The notes beneath the pieces are model-generated. The model searched no databases and was not told the DNA's origin. It worked only from the letters and a program-made list of their open reading frames with translations. Of a stretch of 64,000 bases of DNA, positions 1 to 11,923 are shown one piece after another (within the stretch, counting starts at the first letter, position 1; every line of letters starts with the position of its first letter). Made by a program: the position numbers and the translations under genes. Source of the stretch: Heteronotia binoei (taxonomy: Eukaryota); contig NC_083224.1 in NCBI RefSeq assembly GCF_032191835.1, forward strand, positions 22,568,001 through 22,632,000, written 5' to 3'.

Positions 1-155
1 TGACCTCATTCTTTTCCACTGAAGGTAGCACAGCCAGGCATGCGCCTTTGTTGAAATTCCATAGTTTGATCATCTCATTTTTTGGGCCAGTGATCAACCT
101 CCTCTCTGGTGCATCGAAGGTCATTGCTGTGATCTTCACCAACTTGCCTTGTGAA

Positions 156-369
156 CAATGTTCCCTCTAAGCTGCAGTCTTATGAGCAAAAATTCTACTT
201 TGTGAGCCTATAGCATTAAAGTTGTGAGCTACTAGCATTAAAGTTGTGAGCTATTGCATAAATTAGTGTGCTCTAGGGTCATCCTTCCTGAGCTAAAACA
301 AAAATGTGTGAGCTGGAGGCTAAAAATCTGTGAGCTAGCTCACGCTAACTCAGCTTAGAGGGGACAGTG
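156..369. mobile_element. hAT-type non-autonomous DNA transposon (MITE)
   Basis: Terminal inverted repeats caatgttccctctaagctg ... cagcttagaggggacagtg; perfect 8-bp TSD cttgtgaa (148-155 and 370-377). Confidence 0.85.
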
Positions 370-1833
370 CTTGTGAAGTGGGGGACTCTATGATTTTCTG
401 CCCAGTGATGAAATCCCAAACAGTGGCCAGGCCACTGTAGGAGCCATTCACTACCTGCAGGCACCACTGGTGGGGGGGATTAACTCAAACAAGATTTGGT
501 CCTGACCTCTTTGGAGGATGGAACTTTAACCACAGCGCTTGTTTGCAGTGAAAGCTTTGCTGTCTGGCACCTTGGGTTATCCAGAACACTCCATTAATAA
601 ACACTGCCCAGAACACAAACTCTTCCTTCTCAGCCACTCTTATCCCTATGTCTTTGGGTATACATGTGCCCCACTTAGAAATGTGGAGGTGTGGGTGGAA
701 ATTTTTTTGAGGGAGTGGTTCTGTCTTTTCCTTCCTGATGACTATTTTTGGAACATTTGGGGCAACATTGAAAATAAAACCTCTGAAATATTTATTTTAT
801 AATGAGTAAAATGCTTCTTGAGAGAAGGATGTGTAAACCACTTGGGGTCCCTATTGGGGAGAATGGTGACATATAAAAAGTAGTAAATTAAATTAATTAA
901 AATGTCTGAGGATTTTTTTTTTAAATTTTTCCAGTGTACTGAAGAACAAACTCTTATACTGAAGAACAAGCTCTTATATCTACTGCAGACATATAAAGCG
1001 TTTTCAATATTTTCTGTTTGGATTATGGCAACATGCTAAAATTAATACATTATTAGAGAGTTCAGAGGTTTTGATGTTGTAAAGTTTAGTTTAACAGCCA
1101 AACATGCTGGTAGTCCTCCATGTTATGACTCTGTGAGAGACACTGTGCCCAAATATTTTCAAGGTGAGCGGCCATGTTGGTCTGTGGTGGAAGAGCAAGA
1201 CTGAAATCCAGGACCAACCTAAAGACCACCTTTAAGCTGATTCCCTGGACATTTTGTTGGTCTTGAAGGTGCCACTGGACTAGAATCTTGCTCTGTCCAA
1301 ATAGTATACTTTCTTCCGCTTACTAGGTAATGTGTTGCCTGCCTTCAGTTTTTACTTTTTCCTACCCTTCAGATGGCAAAGATTAAAGGTTCCGCAGTTG
1401 GCAATACTTTCTCATGCTTGCAATTTTATAGAAAACAAAAATATTTATACCTTTAAATTCCATAAATATGCCAAATAGTACAATGTTATATAGTGACATG
1501 GTTTAAAATGATATATTTATGTCATTCAGTCAGTAAAAGATGTTTGTTAGATAGTAAATTAAGTTTTTAAAAAAATAATAAAGTACTACTATTTATAGTC
1601 CACCTTTCCCTCTGAGACTCAAGGTGGATTATATGCTGTAAATCAATGCAGCCAATAGGATGAGATCTCTAATAAATGATGTAACAAGACTAAGGTAAAA
1701 GAAATCTCAAACAAGTCATGTGTATTAAACCTGACACGTAAACAATATAGAAAATGATGTTTTGTAAGTAGAAATACAGTGCAGCGAGAGCAAGATAATA
1801 CATGCATCAGCAAATTATATATAGATAAATAGA

Positions 1834-2117
1834 GAACCCATTTGGTGTTTTGGTTAAGTGTGTGGACTCTTATCTGGGAGAACCAGGTTTGAGTCCACAT
1901 TTCTCTACCTGCACCTGCTGATGTGACCTTGGTTCAGCCACAATTTCTCATAGAGCTATTCCATTTAAGAGCAGTGGTGGGAGAGCTCTCTCAGTTCCAC
2001 CTACCTCACTGGGTGTCTGTTGTGGGGAGGGGAAGGGAGAGGAAATTATAAACCACTCTTGAGACTCCTTCAGGTAGCGAAGGTCAGGATATAAATGCAA
2101 TGACCTTCTCCTCCTCT
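1834..2117 (+). mobile_element. tRNA-derived SINE (Squam3-like), diverged
   Basis: A-box-like tggtgttttggtt and B-box-like ggtttgagtcc; body matches the copies at 27477 and 34453. Confidence 0.75.
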
Positions 2118-2261
2118 GCTGACCAGTTCCCTTTATTAAAGTGTTTTCCTGAACTCAACCTTTATAATATAGCTCTGTCACCTGTATAAAAATGCTGTCC
2201 TGAGAAACTCAGTTGGGGTGGAAGCCTTTCTGACCTCCTCAGAGGTCATTCCACATGGTAG

Positions 2262-3075
2262 GGCCACAACAAAGGAGCAATTACAAAACTGAGAAACCAG
2301 TAGAACACTTCAGCCTTCCAGGACAATCAGTGGGTGACCTCAAAAGTAGCTGCTTTACTGTAAAGGAACTTCAAGAACAGAATGGAAAGGGAAACTGCAG
2401 AATTACAAGTTATTATGAAATTTGGAACAAACACCTCCCTGGGATTGAACAGGGATATTGGTTTCTTATCACATTACATATGTTAAACCCATTCTCACCA
2501 AGTAGAGCTATACATCCATTGTATACCACTCTATTCCTCTTTTAGAAGAGTGTATCAGAATAATGTCTTTTTTTACTGACATACTGGAATAAGGGATATT
2601 GGCTATCTCATTACATACGCTAAACCCATCTCCCACTGCATTCTAATATATTCTTTTTTGTATTGGCAAACTGGGATGATGTTTATAATACTATGCTACA
2701 TGTTAAATTAGGTGGACAGAAAAACCTCTAAGAAAAATATGTTCTTAGTTTAACCCCTGCTTGAGGAGAAATAAAGCACTTAGCAGTCTATATATATCCC
2801 CTTGTGATGATGGACATCATTCTCCAACTCTGACATGTTTTTGCCTTTGTTGTTTTCCCACACAACTGATGCTATCTAGACCAGCCTTATGATTTTTTTC
2901 CAATTTGGTCATTTCACTATTCTGCCAATGGAGTCTAACTTTGTACTATTTTTGCATGCTTGACCACTGCCCACCGCTATACATAGCACTGTACCGCATT
3001 TCATCATCTGATAAAGTGTGCATGCACACAAAAGCTTACATTCTGAATAAAACTTTGTTGGTCTTAGAGGTGCTA
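2262..3075 (+). mobile_element. Penelope-like element 3' fragment (GIY-YIG C-terminus plus pLTR with decayed hammerhead)
   Basis: Translates to EHFSLPGQSVGDLK; ends ctgataaagtgtgcatgcacacaaaagcttacattctgaataaaactttgttggtc; paralogous to 16566-17330. Confidence 0.7.
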
Positions 3076-3094
3076 ATGGAATGCAACTTTATTC

Positions 3095-3215
3095 TAAGTG
3101 GGGACTTGATGGAGCTTTATCAAATTATGCATGAGGTGGAAAGAGTGGCAAAGAAAACTTTTTCTCCCTCTCCCAAATTACTAGAACTCGAGGGCATCCA
3201 ACTGCAAATAGTTCA
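3095..3215 (+). mobile_element. CR1 LINE 3' fragment
   Basis: Similar to the CR1 segment at 16110-16230 (aaattatgcatg...tttttctccct...ctagaactc); paralogous copy near 17340-17450. Confidence 0.55.
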
Positions 3216-3249
3216 ACTGGACCTCCTTCCAGGGTCAGGATGCTGGACA

Positions 3250-3960
3250 AGATAACCCCACCTTGGCCTGACCCAGGAGGGCCGATTCTCTGGTGGAACA
3301 ATGAATTGCATGGATTCCCCAGTGCAGGTCTAGCCCCCTCCTCCCATGGAGTTTCCCAGCCGTTACTCGGTGGAGGAGGAAGGATCGAATCCAGGCGAGG
3401 GGGCGACTGGGGGGAGCCACTTTTCCTGAGACTGGGGGCTGATCCAGCCTGCACCCCCGTGTGGAGTGACTCCCGAGCAGCCCCATTGAGCTGCATTGTA
3501 GGGCGCCGCTGACCGCAGCCGGGATTAATGAAGTCTAGTCCCGCGGGGGTGGGGGGGGGGAGAGGCAGGGAGCTTTTTCGGGGTACTGAAGCCGTGAAAG
3601 GGTTAAAAGAGCCGAGTTGTTTTCTAGAGAGGCCGACAAAGGGAGGGGGCGGAGAGAAGGAGGGGGGCTCGAGACACGGGAGAGGTGGGAAGGACCGCTC
3701 CCCGTCAGTCTTTTCGATCTCCGCAGAAAGAAATCCGGCTCTCGCCACGTGTTCGGGGGGCTTTTAAATCCTTTCCAAAGGTGAGGTTCTTCTCTGTCAG
3801 GATTTCCCTTTTTCAGACTGGGTGGTCCCGCCTGGGGTGGGGTGGGGGGGACCGGGGTCTGCAGGGCTTGCAAGGCGGCTCTTTCCCGGGCGGCCTCCGG
3901 GGGATCGGGACCCGCCAGGCAGCGGGGAGGTAAGGATGGAGGGGAGGGAGGGGGAGCAGG
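3250..3960 (+). promoter_or_regulatory. GC/CpG-rich promoter and putative non-coding first exon of gene A
   Basis: CpG-dense and conserved upstream of all four SCAN exons; candidate donors AAG|GTGAGG (3780|3781) and GAG|GTAAGG (3929|3930); E-box CACGTG in ctctcgccacgtg. Confidence 0.6.
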
Positions 3961-4349
3961 ATATAAATGGGACTGAATAAATACCTTCCATGGTGTCCCT
4001 TGCAGGGGCTTCCCCCTCTTATCTAATTCAAATGCTCCACCTCCTGCTTTCCTTCCAGTAATTTCCTGTAGTTTCCCCCTGCTCTGTCCCTCTGTGTTAT
4101 CAGCAAGAAGCTCCTTCTCTGCGGGGCCCCTGTTATCTTGGATTCACACCCTTAGCCTGTCTGGTTTTAACAGTTTAGCAGAAGCTCCTCTGAGGGGCCT
4201 CTTAACAGTCACTCTAAATGTTGCATCAGACATTCTCTTTTGAAGGCACAACCATATTTTCCATCATTATTATTATTGAGGTATTCATTAATTATTCAGG
4301 GGTCCCTCTTCAGTATTTTATTTATTTGCATTAATTATAGAACAAACTT

Positions 4350-4680
4350 TTAAGTCTAGTGACATCCTTAAGACAAAACCATATTCAGGATGTAAGCTTT
4401 TGTGTGCAAGTACACTTCTTCAGAATAGCCCAGGTTTTTGCATTGTGTAAAAACGTAAATATCAGTCTGTACCTCCGTAAATTTCTTCGTAAGACTGATG
4501 GAGTCCCATTCCATGCGGCTTGATGTGGTGCCTTCCATGAAGATACATTCAGGTGGGTAGTCATGCTTGCACATGAAAGCATATTCCTTGAATAAAACTT
4601 TTCTGGTCTTTAAGATGCCACTGGACTCAACTGGTCTGCCGCTTCAGACCAACAGGACTGTCCACCTGAATCTACATCAA
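4350..4680. mobile_element. Penelope-derived inverted pLTR remnant in intron 1 (shared by all four paralogs)
   Basis: Head-to-head pLTR ends (gtaagcttttgtgtgcaagtacacttcttcag and catgaaagcatattccttgaataaaac); homologs at ~18960-19260, ~35900-36230 and ~58980-59490. Confidence 0.6.
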
Positions 4681-5093
4681 TTGTAGTCTGCCATCTAATG
4701 GTTAAGCCCTTACCACACCTTTGTCCTGGGCTCCCGTTTACCTTCAGATGTACCCACTAGAGAGACTGATCCCCAGAAACTGGAAGCCAACTCCTCAACA
4801 TATTTTTTTAAAAGCAAATATTGTTGTATTTGTTGCTTCAAACTTGCATATCTTTTAAAACATTATCTGTGATATAGCACAGGGACATTAATCCTGATCC
4901 ACAAACTACAACAAGGATGCTCTTTCTGATCCACAGGGGTAATCCTTAGGTGTTTCTTCACCAGGATCTATGATGTAACTTTGTTATCTTTTTCTTCTTG
5001 CCTTTCTGATATCTTTCCCTCTCCCTCTTCACAGCTTAGTGAATAAGAGTGTCTCTCCAGAGTCAGAGGCAACCCAAGCTAAAGGGAAAGGAG

Positions 5094-5516
5094 ATGAAAG
5101 AGAAGGATCCCGAGTGCCCTGGAACTGGCAAGGCATCAAGGAAAGGTCCCCATCCCATCCAAGCAGGGAGTGGTGCTGAAGTTTTGGAAGGAGCTGTACC
5201 AGAGATCTTCATTGAGGACACTGTGACCACAAATGTAAGCAGCCGATGTTTCCGGCAGTTCTGTTACCACGAGGCAGATGGGCCCCGAGAGGTTTGCAGA
5301 CAACTCTATGGACTTTGTAAGGAATGGCTGGAGCCAGAGAAGCGCACCAAAAAGGAGATAGTGGACCTGGTGATCCTGGAGCAGTTCCTGGCCATCCTGC
5401 CCCAGGAAGTGCAGGGCTGGGTGAGAGGATGCGGGCCAGAGACCAGTTCCCAGGCAGTGGCCCTGGCCGAAGGTTTCCTCCTGAGTCAGGCAGAGGAAAA
5501 GAGACAGGCACAGCAG
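5094..5516 (+). CDS. Gene A SCAN-domain exon
   Basis: [21 protein letters not shown]...[33 protein letters not shown] is a SCAN domain; acceptor ttcacag| near 5034; donor CAG|GTGAG. Confidence 0.93.
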
Positions 5517-5540
5517 GTGAGGTGCTTTCTTGCAGACTGA

Positions 5541-6830
5541 GGGCTGTGGCTTCCTTGGCTGAGTCTTCTTCTTTTCCTGCTGCCTTTCACTTTTCTTAGT
5601 ATTTTTGTCTTTTCCTATGACTGCAGTCTTCTCATAATGTCACCAAAATACAATAGCCTCAATTGGGTCATTTTAGCTTCCACGGAGATTTGCAGATTGA
5701 TTTGATCTAAAACTCACATATTTGTCTTTTTGGTGGCCCATAGTATCTGTAAAAACACTCTCTGCCAACACCACCAAGAATTAACTTACTTCCTGGCCAC
5801 TTTCTTCCTTGTCCCGACCACTAGTCATTACTTTTGTCTTCCAGATGGTCAACTGTAATCTTCCTTTGGCATCTTCTGCTCTAACCTTCATTCATAATTT
5901 TCAATGTAATGTAATTTAATTTTTAGATTTCTATCCTGTCCTTTCCCACAAATGGGCTCAGGGTGCCTTACAACAGAATCCAATTCAATTATAAATAAAT
6001 ATAAAACTTCATTAAAACATACAGCTTAAATGTCTGAGGATAATAATGATTTCAAGTCTTCACTGCTTTCTGCCAGTTATGTCGTGTCATCTGCATATCT
6101 CAGATTGGTAACGTTCCTTCCTACCATTTTCACTCCACTTTCATCTAATTGTAATTCAGCTTTCCTTATGATATGTTCTGCACATAGATTGAAGAGACAG
6201 GGAGATAAAATACATCCTACTCTGGCACCCTTGCCAACTGGAAACCATTCTGTTTCTCTGTATTCTGTCCTCTGTATCGTGGCCTCTTGCCCTGACTGCA
6301 TGCAGGTTGTGCATCAATACAATCAGATATTGTTTCACACCCATTTCTTTTCAAACAAACCATACCTTTTCTTGATCCTAGCAGTCAAAAGTGTGGATGT
6401 AAGCTATGAATCGCAAGCTGGTTATCTCCTGAAATTCTCTCCTTCGATCCATTAACCAACATGAATTTGCAGTATGATTTCAACTGCCTCTTCCTTTTGT
6501 GAATTCATATGGAAGATCTGGCATTTCTCTTTCATTATATGACCATAGGCCTGGTTGTAAAATGATGGGTATCACTTGACTTGCATGAGGAATTAATGCA
6601 GTGGTCTGATAGTCGCTACAGTCTTTGATGTCTCCATTTTTGTAATTGGAATGTAAAGTGAGCATTTCCAGTCTGTGGGCCATTGTTTTGTTTCCATCTT
6701 TGTTAGCAGATTCTTGTTGAGATTCTGATGGACTCCTTTTCTGTGAGTTGGAATACCTCCCCTGATATCCCATCTACTCCTGGTGATTTCTTTCTCCCAA
6801 TTGTTCTCAGTGCAGCTTTGTTATGTAAAA
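5541..6830 (-). mobile_element. RTE-BovB LINE fragments in intron 2 of gene A
   Basis: Minus-strand peptide RVGCILSPCLFNL...NLRYADDTT (RT motifs); homologous pieces occupy intron 2 of every paralog. Confidence 0.8.
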
Positions 6831-7022
6831 CTTTTCCTTCTTTCATTCCTCTCTTTTCTTAGATATCTCTACTTCTAGATAGTTCAGTAAGTTGGTTCTT
6901 GCCCCGTGGTTATAGCAGCTCAGATGGTGAAGTCAGTAATGAGGAGTCTGGGAGTGGGTCAGGATCCATCTTTCCCCCCACCCCATTCCTTCTATTACTC
7001 CTCTCCCTTGCTGTTGTTTCAG

Positions 7023-7137
7023 ATGTGGGGAGAATCCATGAAGGTGGAAGCGAAGTTCTCTATGGCAGAAGGAGCTCCATCAGAGGAAGGTCAGAGGGCG
7101 CAGGCCCAAGAGCATGGCCAAGATGCCCTGTCAAGTG
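7023..7137 (+). CDS. Gene A linker exon (115 nt)
   Basis: tttcag|ATGTGG...AAGTG|gtaagg; MWGESMKVEAKF...ALSSG; conserved in B, C and D. Confidence 0.8.
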
Positions 7138-7472
7138 GTAAGGGGGCCTCCTGCCCAGAGGGGATTGGGACACGTAGTGAAGTTGTTGAGCAGAAGCTTC
7201 AGGACTGGAGAAAAGGGAAATACTTCTACATAGAATGGAGTTCTGGGGGGAAAGTGCCCTAGGATGTTGCAATGTCCACTCCCATTTTAAGGGGAAGTAT
7301 ACAGATCCATGGAGAGCAATTCCATTCTTATTTACATTAATGGAGATGTGCATATCTCACTTTCCTTCCATTAGAAGGACTCAAGGTGTCTCAAAAAAGA
7401 AAATGACTAATGTGGGTGTCATTTTCATGTCTTGTTCGGCCCAAAACCTGGATGCGAAGTCAGAGCATCAGT

Positions 7473-7630
7473 TCTCTCTCGGCTTGGCTTCGCGAACGAA
7501 GATTTAAGAAGGGTGCAGTAGTCCACGTCTGCTGCAGGCTCGCTGGTGGCTGACAAGACCAATGCGGGACAGGCAGATCCGGCCACAGTGGCTGCAGGGA
7601 AAAGTCTGATTTGGGGTTGGTGCTGTAGCA
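7473..7630 (-). mobile_element. RTE-clade LINE 3' end
   Basis: Minus strand encodes FPCSHCGRICLSRIGLVSHQRAC (C-terminal zinc knuckle); 12-bp TSD cagagcatcagt (7461-7472 and 7631-7642). Confidence 0.75.
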
Positions 7631-8126
7631 CAGAGCATCAGTAGACACTCTGGAAACACATCGGCAGTTCCCCCAGTGTTAGCTGATGTGCTAAAATCAC
7701 ATGGGTTTGGGAATGGATGTGATGCTGAGGTGTTGTACCATGTGATTTCCAGTCGCCTCTTTCTCTCCTACCATTCCAGACTCCAGGATGGGTAAGAAGG
7801 CCCAGCAGGTGGGAGAATGTCATGCCCACGCTTTCGGTCTGATCTTGCAACCATTGGAGCTCCAAGGTTCACAGGGCACATATCAAATCTCACCCAAGTG
7901 TGAAATGTGTTGACAGCGTTTATAACCCCCTGAGGCTCATGGGTACCTGGTGCTTCTCTTCTGCCTCTCCTGCAGTTTAGTAAAATTATTACAAATTTTC
8001 TTGAGTGTAAAGAAGACAACGTTTCACAACACCTGGGAATGGGTATGCATATGCAGGATTTAGAAAAGCAAAGAAAATTGGAATTTGAGTTTAAAATTTT
8101 TCCTTCCAATTTTGTCTCCCTTGTAG

Positions 8127-8197
8127 GCAATGAAGAGATGTTGTCGAATTATTTCCTTTGCAGAGAAGTGGGAATAGTTGCTCAACCTCTGGTCCAG
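8127..8197 (+). CDS. Gene A linker exon (71 nt)
   Basis: ttgtag|GCAATG...GTCCAG|gtaggg; same length in B and C. Confidence 0.8.
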
Positions 8198-8379
8198 GTA
8201 GGGGGGGATGAATGGGGATAGTCAGTGCCCTTGCTCCTGTTGTCTGAGAAACAGAGGCTGTGAACAGTACTGCCTACATATATGAACTCTACATCCTGGA
8301 GCCTCACAAAACACCCCAATCTAGAGTGTAGTCTCTGCCCAGCATAATCTCTGACAAAGGAATCTGCTTTTTCTTTCAG

Positions 8380-8506
8380 TCTCCATTTTCCTTTGGGGAT
8401 TTGGCTGTGTATTTCACTTTGGCAGAGTGGGCCTTGCTGGATCTGGGCCAAAAAGCACTCTACAGGGAAGTCATGCTGGAGAACTATGGGAATGTGGCTT
8501 TTCTGG
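8380..8506 (+). CDS. Gene A KRAB-A exon (127 nt)
   Basis: [43 protein letters not shown]; canonical 127-nt KRAB-A exon; not in the supplied ORF track. Confidence 0.92.
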
Positions 8507-9734
8507 GTAAGGATCTTTCATAGGTGCCAAAGGTGCAAATTGCTGCCATTGGGATGATGCAGTATATCTTTGTGAGGCCAGTGCAGTGAATTGGCTGCCA
8601 CTTGGTGCATTGAGCAGTTGGGGTGGCTGTGAAAGTGATGTTCAGCGTGGCCAGGTAGAGCGATACAAGCCACCCCACTGATCCAGGGCAGCTGAGGCTA
8701 GTTTTGTGGCCATCACCCACGCCAGAGAAGTTTTCTTGTTCTGAGGTTAAGGCAGGGCTGAGAGGCTCTCTGAAAGACTCTGGGAAAAGCCAGATCCTAA
8801 TTCCTCAGTTCTCAGCCTTTACAACATCCCCTTCTCCAGATGGGATTATGGCCGTCCATTCTGACTGTAATCTGGAAAGATCCATCCCCTGTAGAGTGGT
8901 TAGGATTGTGGGCTTGGATCTTGACCATGGTTCCATCCTTCCAGAACAGCTCAGCTAGATGAAGCCAAAAGCACATCCACCCTTTCCTTCATTCTTCGCA
9001 TGGATGCCTTCAGGCCTTACTGTTAGGTGGAGATGGGTTTAAGGGCTTTCCTTGGAGCTGTTCTGCCTTGTAAGGGTGACCTGCAGCAGGTAGTCCCACC
9101 AGAACACTGCAACTCAAGGGGAACTGGCTTAAGCCAAACCACATGGCATCCTCTGTTGCAGTGAAGAGGATCAGTCCTCACTCCAAGAGGGTGGAATTGT
9201 GTGATGTTGAGAAGATTCCCACTGACTCTGTCAGCCCAATAAATACAAAGACAAGTTCTCAGTTGAAACACAGTTGGTTGAGCAACAGCCGGATGGAGAA
9301 AGTACTGCAGCAGCCTTCCGTCTCCCCTAGAGACAGGCGACCAACTCTTTCCCAAAGGCTAAGCCCCTTCCACCCCCCTGAGGCAGGAAGGCATCTGCCA
9401 CAGAAAAACACAGAGGGACAGAAAGCCAGGTATACCTGTCCACTCAGTGCTTCCTGATGCCTGGGTTTCCCTAAAGCTGGCCAGTACCATCTCCCCCATC
9501 CCCAGGGAAGAGGGTTGACAACAATGACACCCCTGTTCTGCTCTAAGGGTTTGCCAAACTAGCTTTCCCATGTTTACATTACATCACCCTGGTCATGCTG
9601 AATGCTTATTCTGTATCTGCACATTTGGTGTGTGTTCCTTGGCTTGCATCTTCCTTGCGTTTTTTGGGAAAGTGGAACGGGACAGACTCTACTGAGGCCT
9701 TATCTGGACTTTTCTGCACTGCATGTTCCTCTGG

Positions 9735-10996
9735 GATTTGGGAGCTGGCCTTGCAATGGCTTTCCTCTTTCCTTGATGGTCGGGGACAAAGGGTGGCGAT
9801 TGGGGGAGAGCTGTCCCAGAGGCACTCGCTAGATTGTGGGGTGCCACAGGGGGCAGTGCTCTCTCCAATGTTGTTTAACATCTACATGCGCCCCCCTGCC
9901 CAGATTGCCCAGTATGCTGATGACACCCAGCTCTACTAATTGATAGCCGGCCTGACTACGCCCCAAAAAATCTGGATCTGGCGCTGCAAGCCGTGGCAGG
10001 TTGGCTCAGGCTGAGTAGGTTGAAGTTGAATCCAACAAAGACAGAGGTCCTTTGCCTGAGTCGGGGCAGTCTGAGAAGGGAAATTCCCCTTCCAGTTTTG
10101 ACGGTGTGCCATTGAAAGTGGCGTGCAAGGTCAAGAGCTTGGGAGTACTACTGGAGCCTTCCTTGTTAATGGATGCCCAGATAGCAGCCACTGCTAAATC
10201 CGCTTTTTTTCACCTTAGGCGGGTGAGGCAGCTGGCTCCCTTCCTAGAGCGTGACGACTTGGCAATAGTGATCCATGCTACGAGATTGGATTACTGTAAT
10301 GCCTTCTACATGGGGCTGCCCTTGTGCTGAACCCGGAAACTGCAGCAAGTGCAGAATGCAGCGGCCAGACTGTTACTAGGGCTCCCGAAGTGGGAGCACA
10401 TATGGCCTAAGCTGCGCGAACTGCACTGGCTGCCAATTGTATACCGGATTCGTTACAAAGTGCTGGTTATTACCTTTAAAGCCCTATATGGCCAGGGACC
10501 TGCCTACCTTAGAGATCGTCTCTTCGTATATGTGCCCCAGAGAGTACTGAGATCAGGAGCACAAAATCTTTAGACAATCCCCGGGCCGAAGGAGGCCAGA
10601 TTGAAGACAACAAGAGAAAGGGCCTTTTCGATTGCAGCTCCACACTGGTGGAACCAACTACCAGATGAAGTGCGGGCCCTGCGGAGCCTTGCTCAATTCC
10701 GTAGGGCCTGCAAGACCATTCTCTTTCAGCTGGCCTTCTTGTAATGTGGATCCTAGCCTATTATATCCGGTCATCATAAATCGCAAGAGGAGAACATCTA
10801 GAATATAGCACCTGGAAACGTTAGAATCTAATTAAATTGATGGTTTTAGTTATTATGTTTTTAATGTAATAGCAAATATCGTTAACCGTATATTTTTGGA
10901 TATAATGTTTATTATTGTAATCTGTTTTTATGCTATATTTTGTGAGCCGCCCTGAGCGGCGGGGAGGGAGGGATATAAATAAAATATTATTATTAT
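9735..10996 (+). mobile_element. L2 LINE, 5'-truncated
   Basis: GVPQGAVLSPMLFNIYM and YADDTQLY RT motifs; 3' end gtgagccgccctgag...ataaataaaatattattattat. Confidence 0.85.
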
Positions 10997-11797
10997 GGGA
11001 TGGGCTTCCAGAGGCTCTACCTCTGCTATAACAAGTGAATGACTTTGAGACCCTATAAGCCAGTCTTCTGGCCGTCTCTTGCTGCCCATCAGATACACTC
11101 CTTTCCAGAGAGACAGGCTTGCTTGATGCTTCCAGGAAAGGCAGAAATCCTTGGGAGGATTCAGAAACTGCTATGCAATAGACAAACCCAGCTAAGGGGT
11201 ACAGAATGGCTCAGAAATGGCAAGAAAATATAGTTGACTTTGAGAAAAGTGGCCCTACACTGCAGGGTTGGTTTTCTCCTTGGTTATTACTTGCCCCCCT
11301 AACAAATGGCACCTCTTTCAAAAACCATGGTGGCCTCCCTCTGAACTGTGGGATTCACTTGGTTAAATCCTGGTTAGATCCCCAGAAAACATGTATTTTG
11401 GGAAGGCTGAAAACCAGCTCTTTCTTGCTCTTCACAACTACAAGGAAATGCTCAGTGCAGTTTGATGGCTGCATTTTGTGTTAACTTTTTCTAGTTAATT
11501 GTCAGGAGCTGAAAGTCAGCAGAGCTGCACAGCAAGTCAAATGGGAGCAGTGGGGGAATCATTCTTTGCCACTTTCCCCCTTAAAATATATACAGGGAGT
11601 TTGGGGAGAGGAAGCACAGACAGAATATAAGAACATCTCTGCAGGAGGGCCTGGTAGGGATAAGGTGTGACCAGCGGTTCAGTTTGCAGGGAAAGAAGAC
11701 CATATAAAAGAAATGCAGACTCAAGAGTGAGGAATTCCTGACTGGTGCTTCTTGGCTTCTTGCGTGGGTGCTGATGGAAACTCTTTCTTTATTCCAG

Positions 11798-11923
11798 CAG
11801 CAAATGTAGAGGAGACAGCTGGGGAATTCCAGGGGTTTTCTTTGGAAGTAGTTAAGAATGAAGATGCTGAAAAAAACTCTAGAGATGAAGATGGATCACA
11901 GAGGCAGGAGGAAAGCCATGCTG
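11798..11923 (+). CDS. Gene A acidic cassette exon (126 nt, phase 1-1)
   Basis: tttattccag|CAGCAAAT...CATGCTG|gtaaga; AANVEETAGEFQGF...EESHA; in frame between the KRAB and ZF exons. Confidence 0.6.

Noticed and set aside
3125-3748. Antisense Pro-rich ORFs over the promoters sharing MQLNGAARESL (also 17794-18549 and 51610-52035)
   Set aside because: Stop-poor GC-rich DNA duplicated with the unit; starts, ends and frames are not conserved, and the motif is altered in C.
5049-5093. GTG-initiated N-terminal extensions of the SCAN ORFs, and ORF tails running past the donors
   Set aside because: Artefacts of ORF calling on a spliced eukaryotic gene; the ATGs are at 5094, 20009, 37304 and 60270.
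6915-6956. Possible 42-nt acidic micro-exon (SSDGEVSNEESGSG) upstream of each linker exon
   Set aside because: In the SCAN exon's phase it hits TGA, the donor (GTCAGG) is weak, and its conservation is not clearly above intron background.
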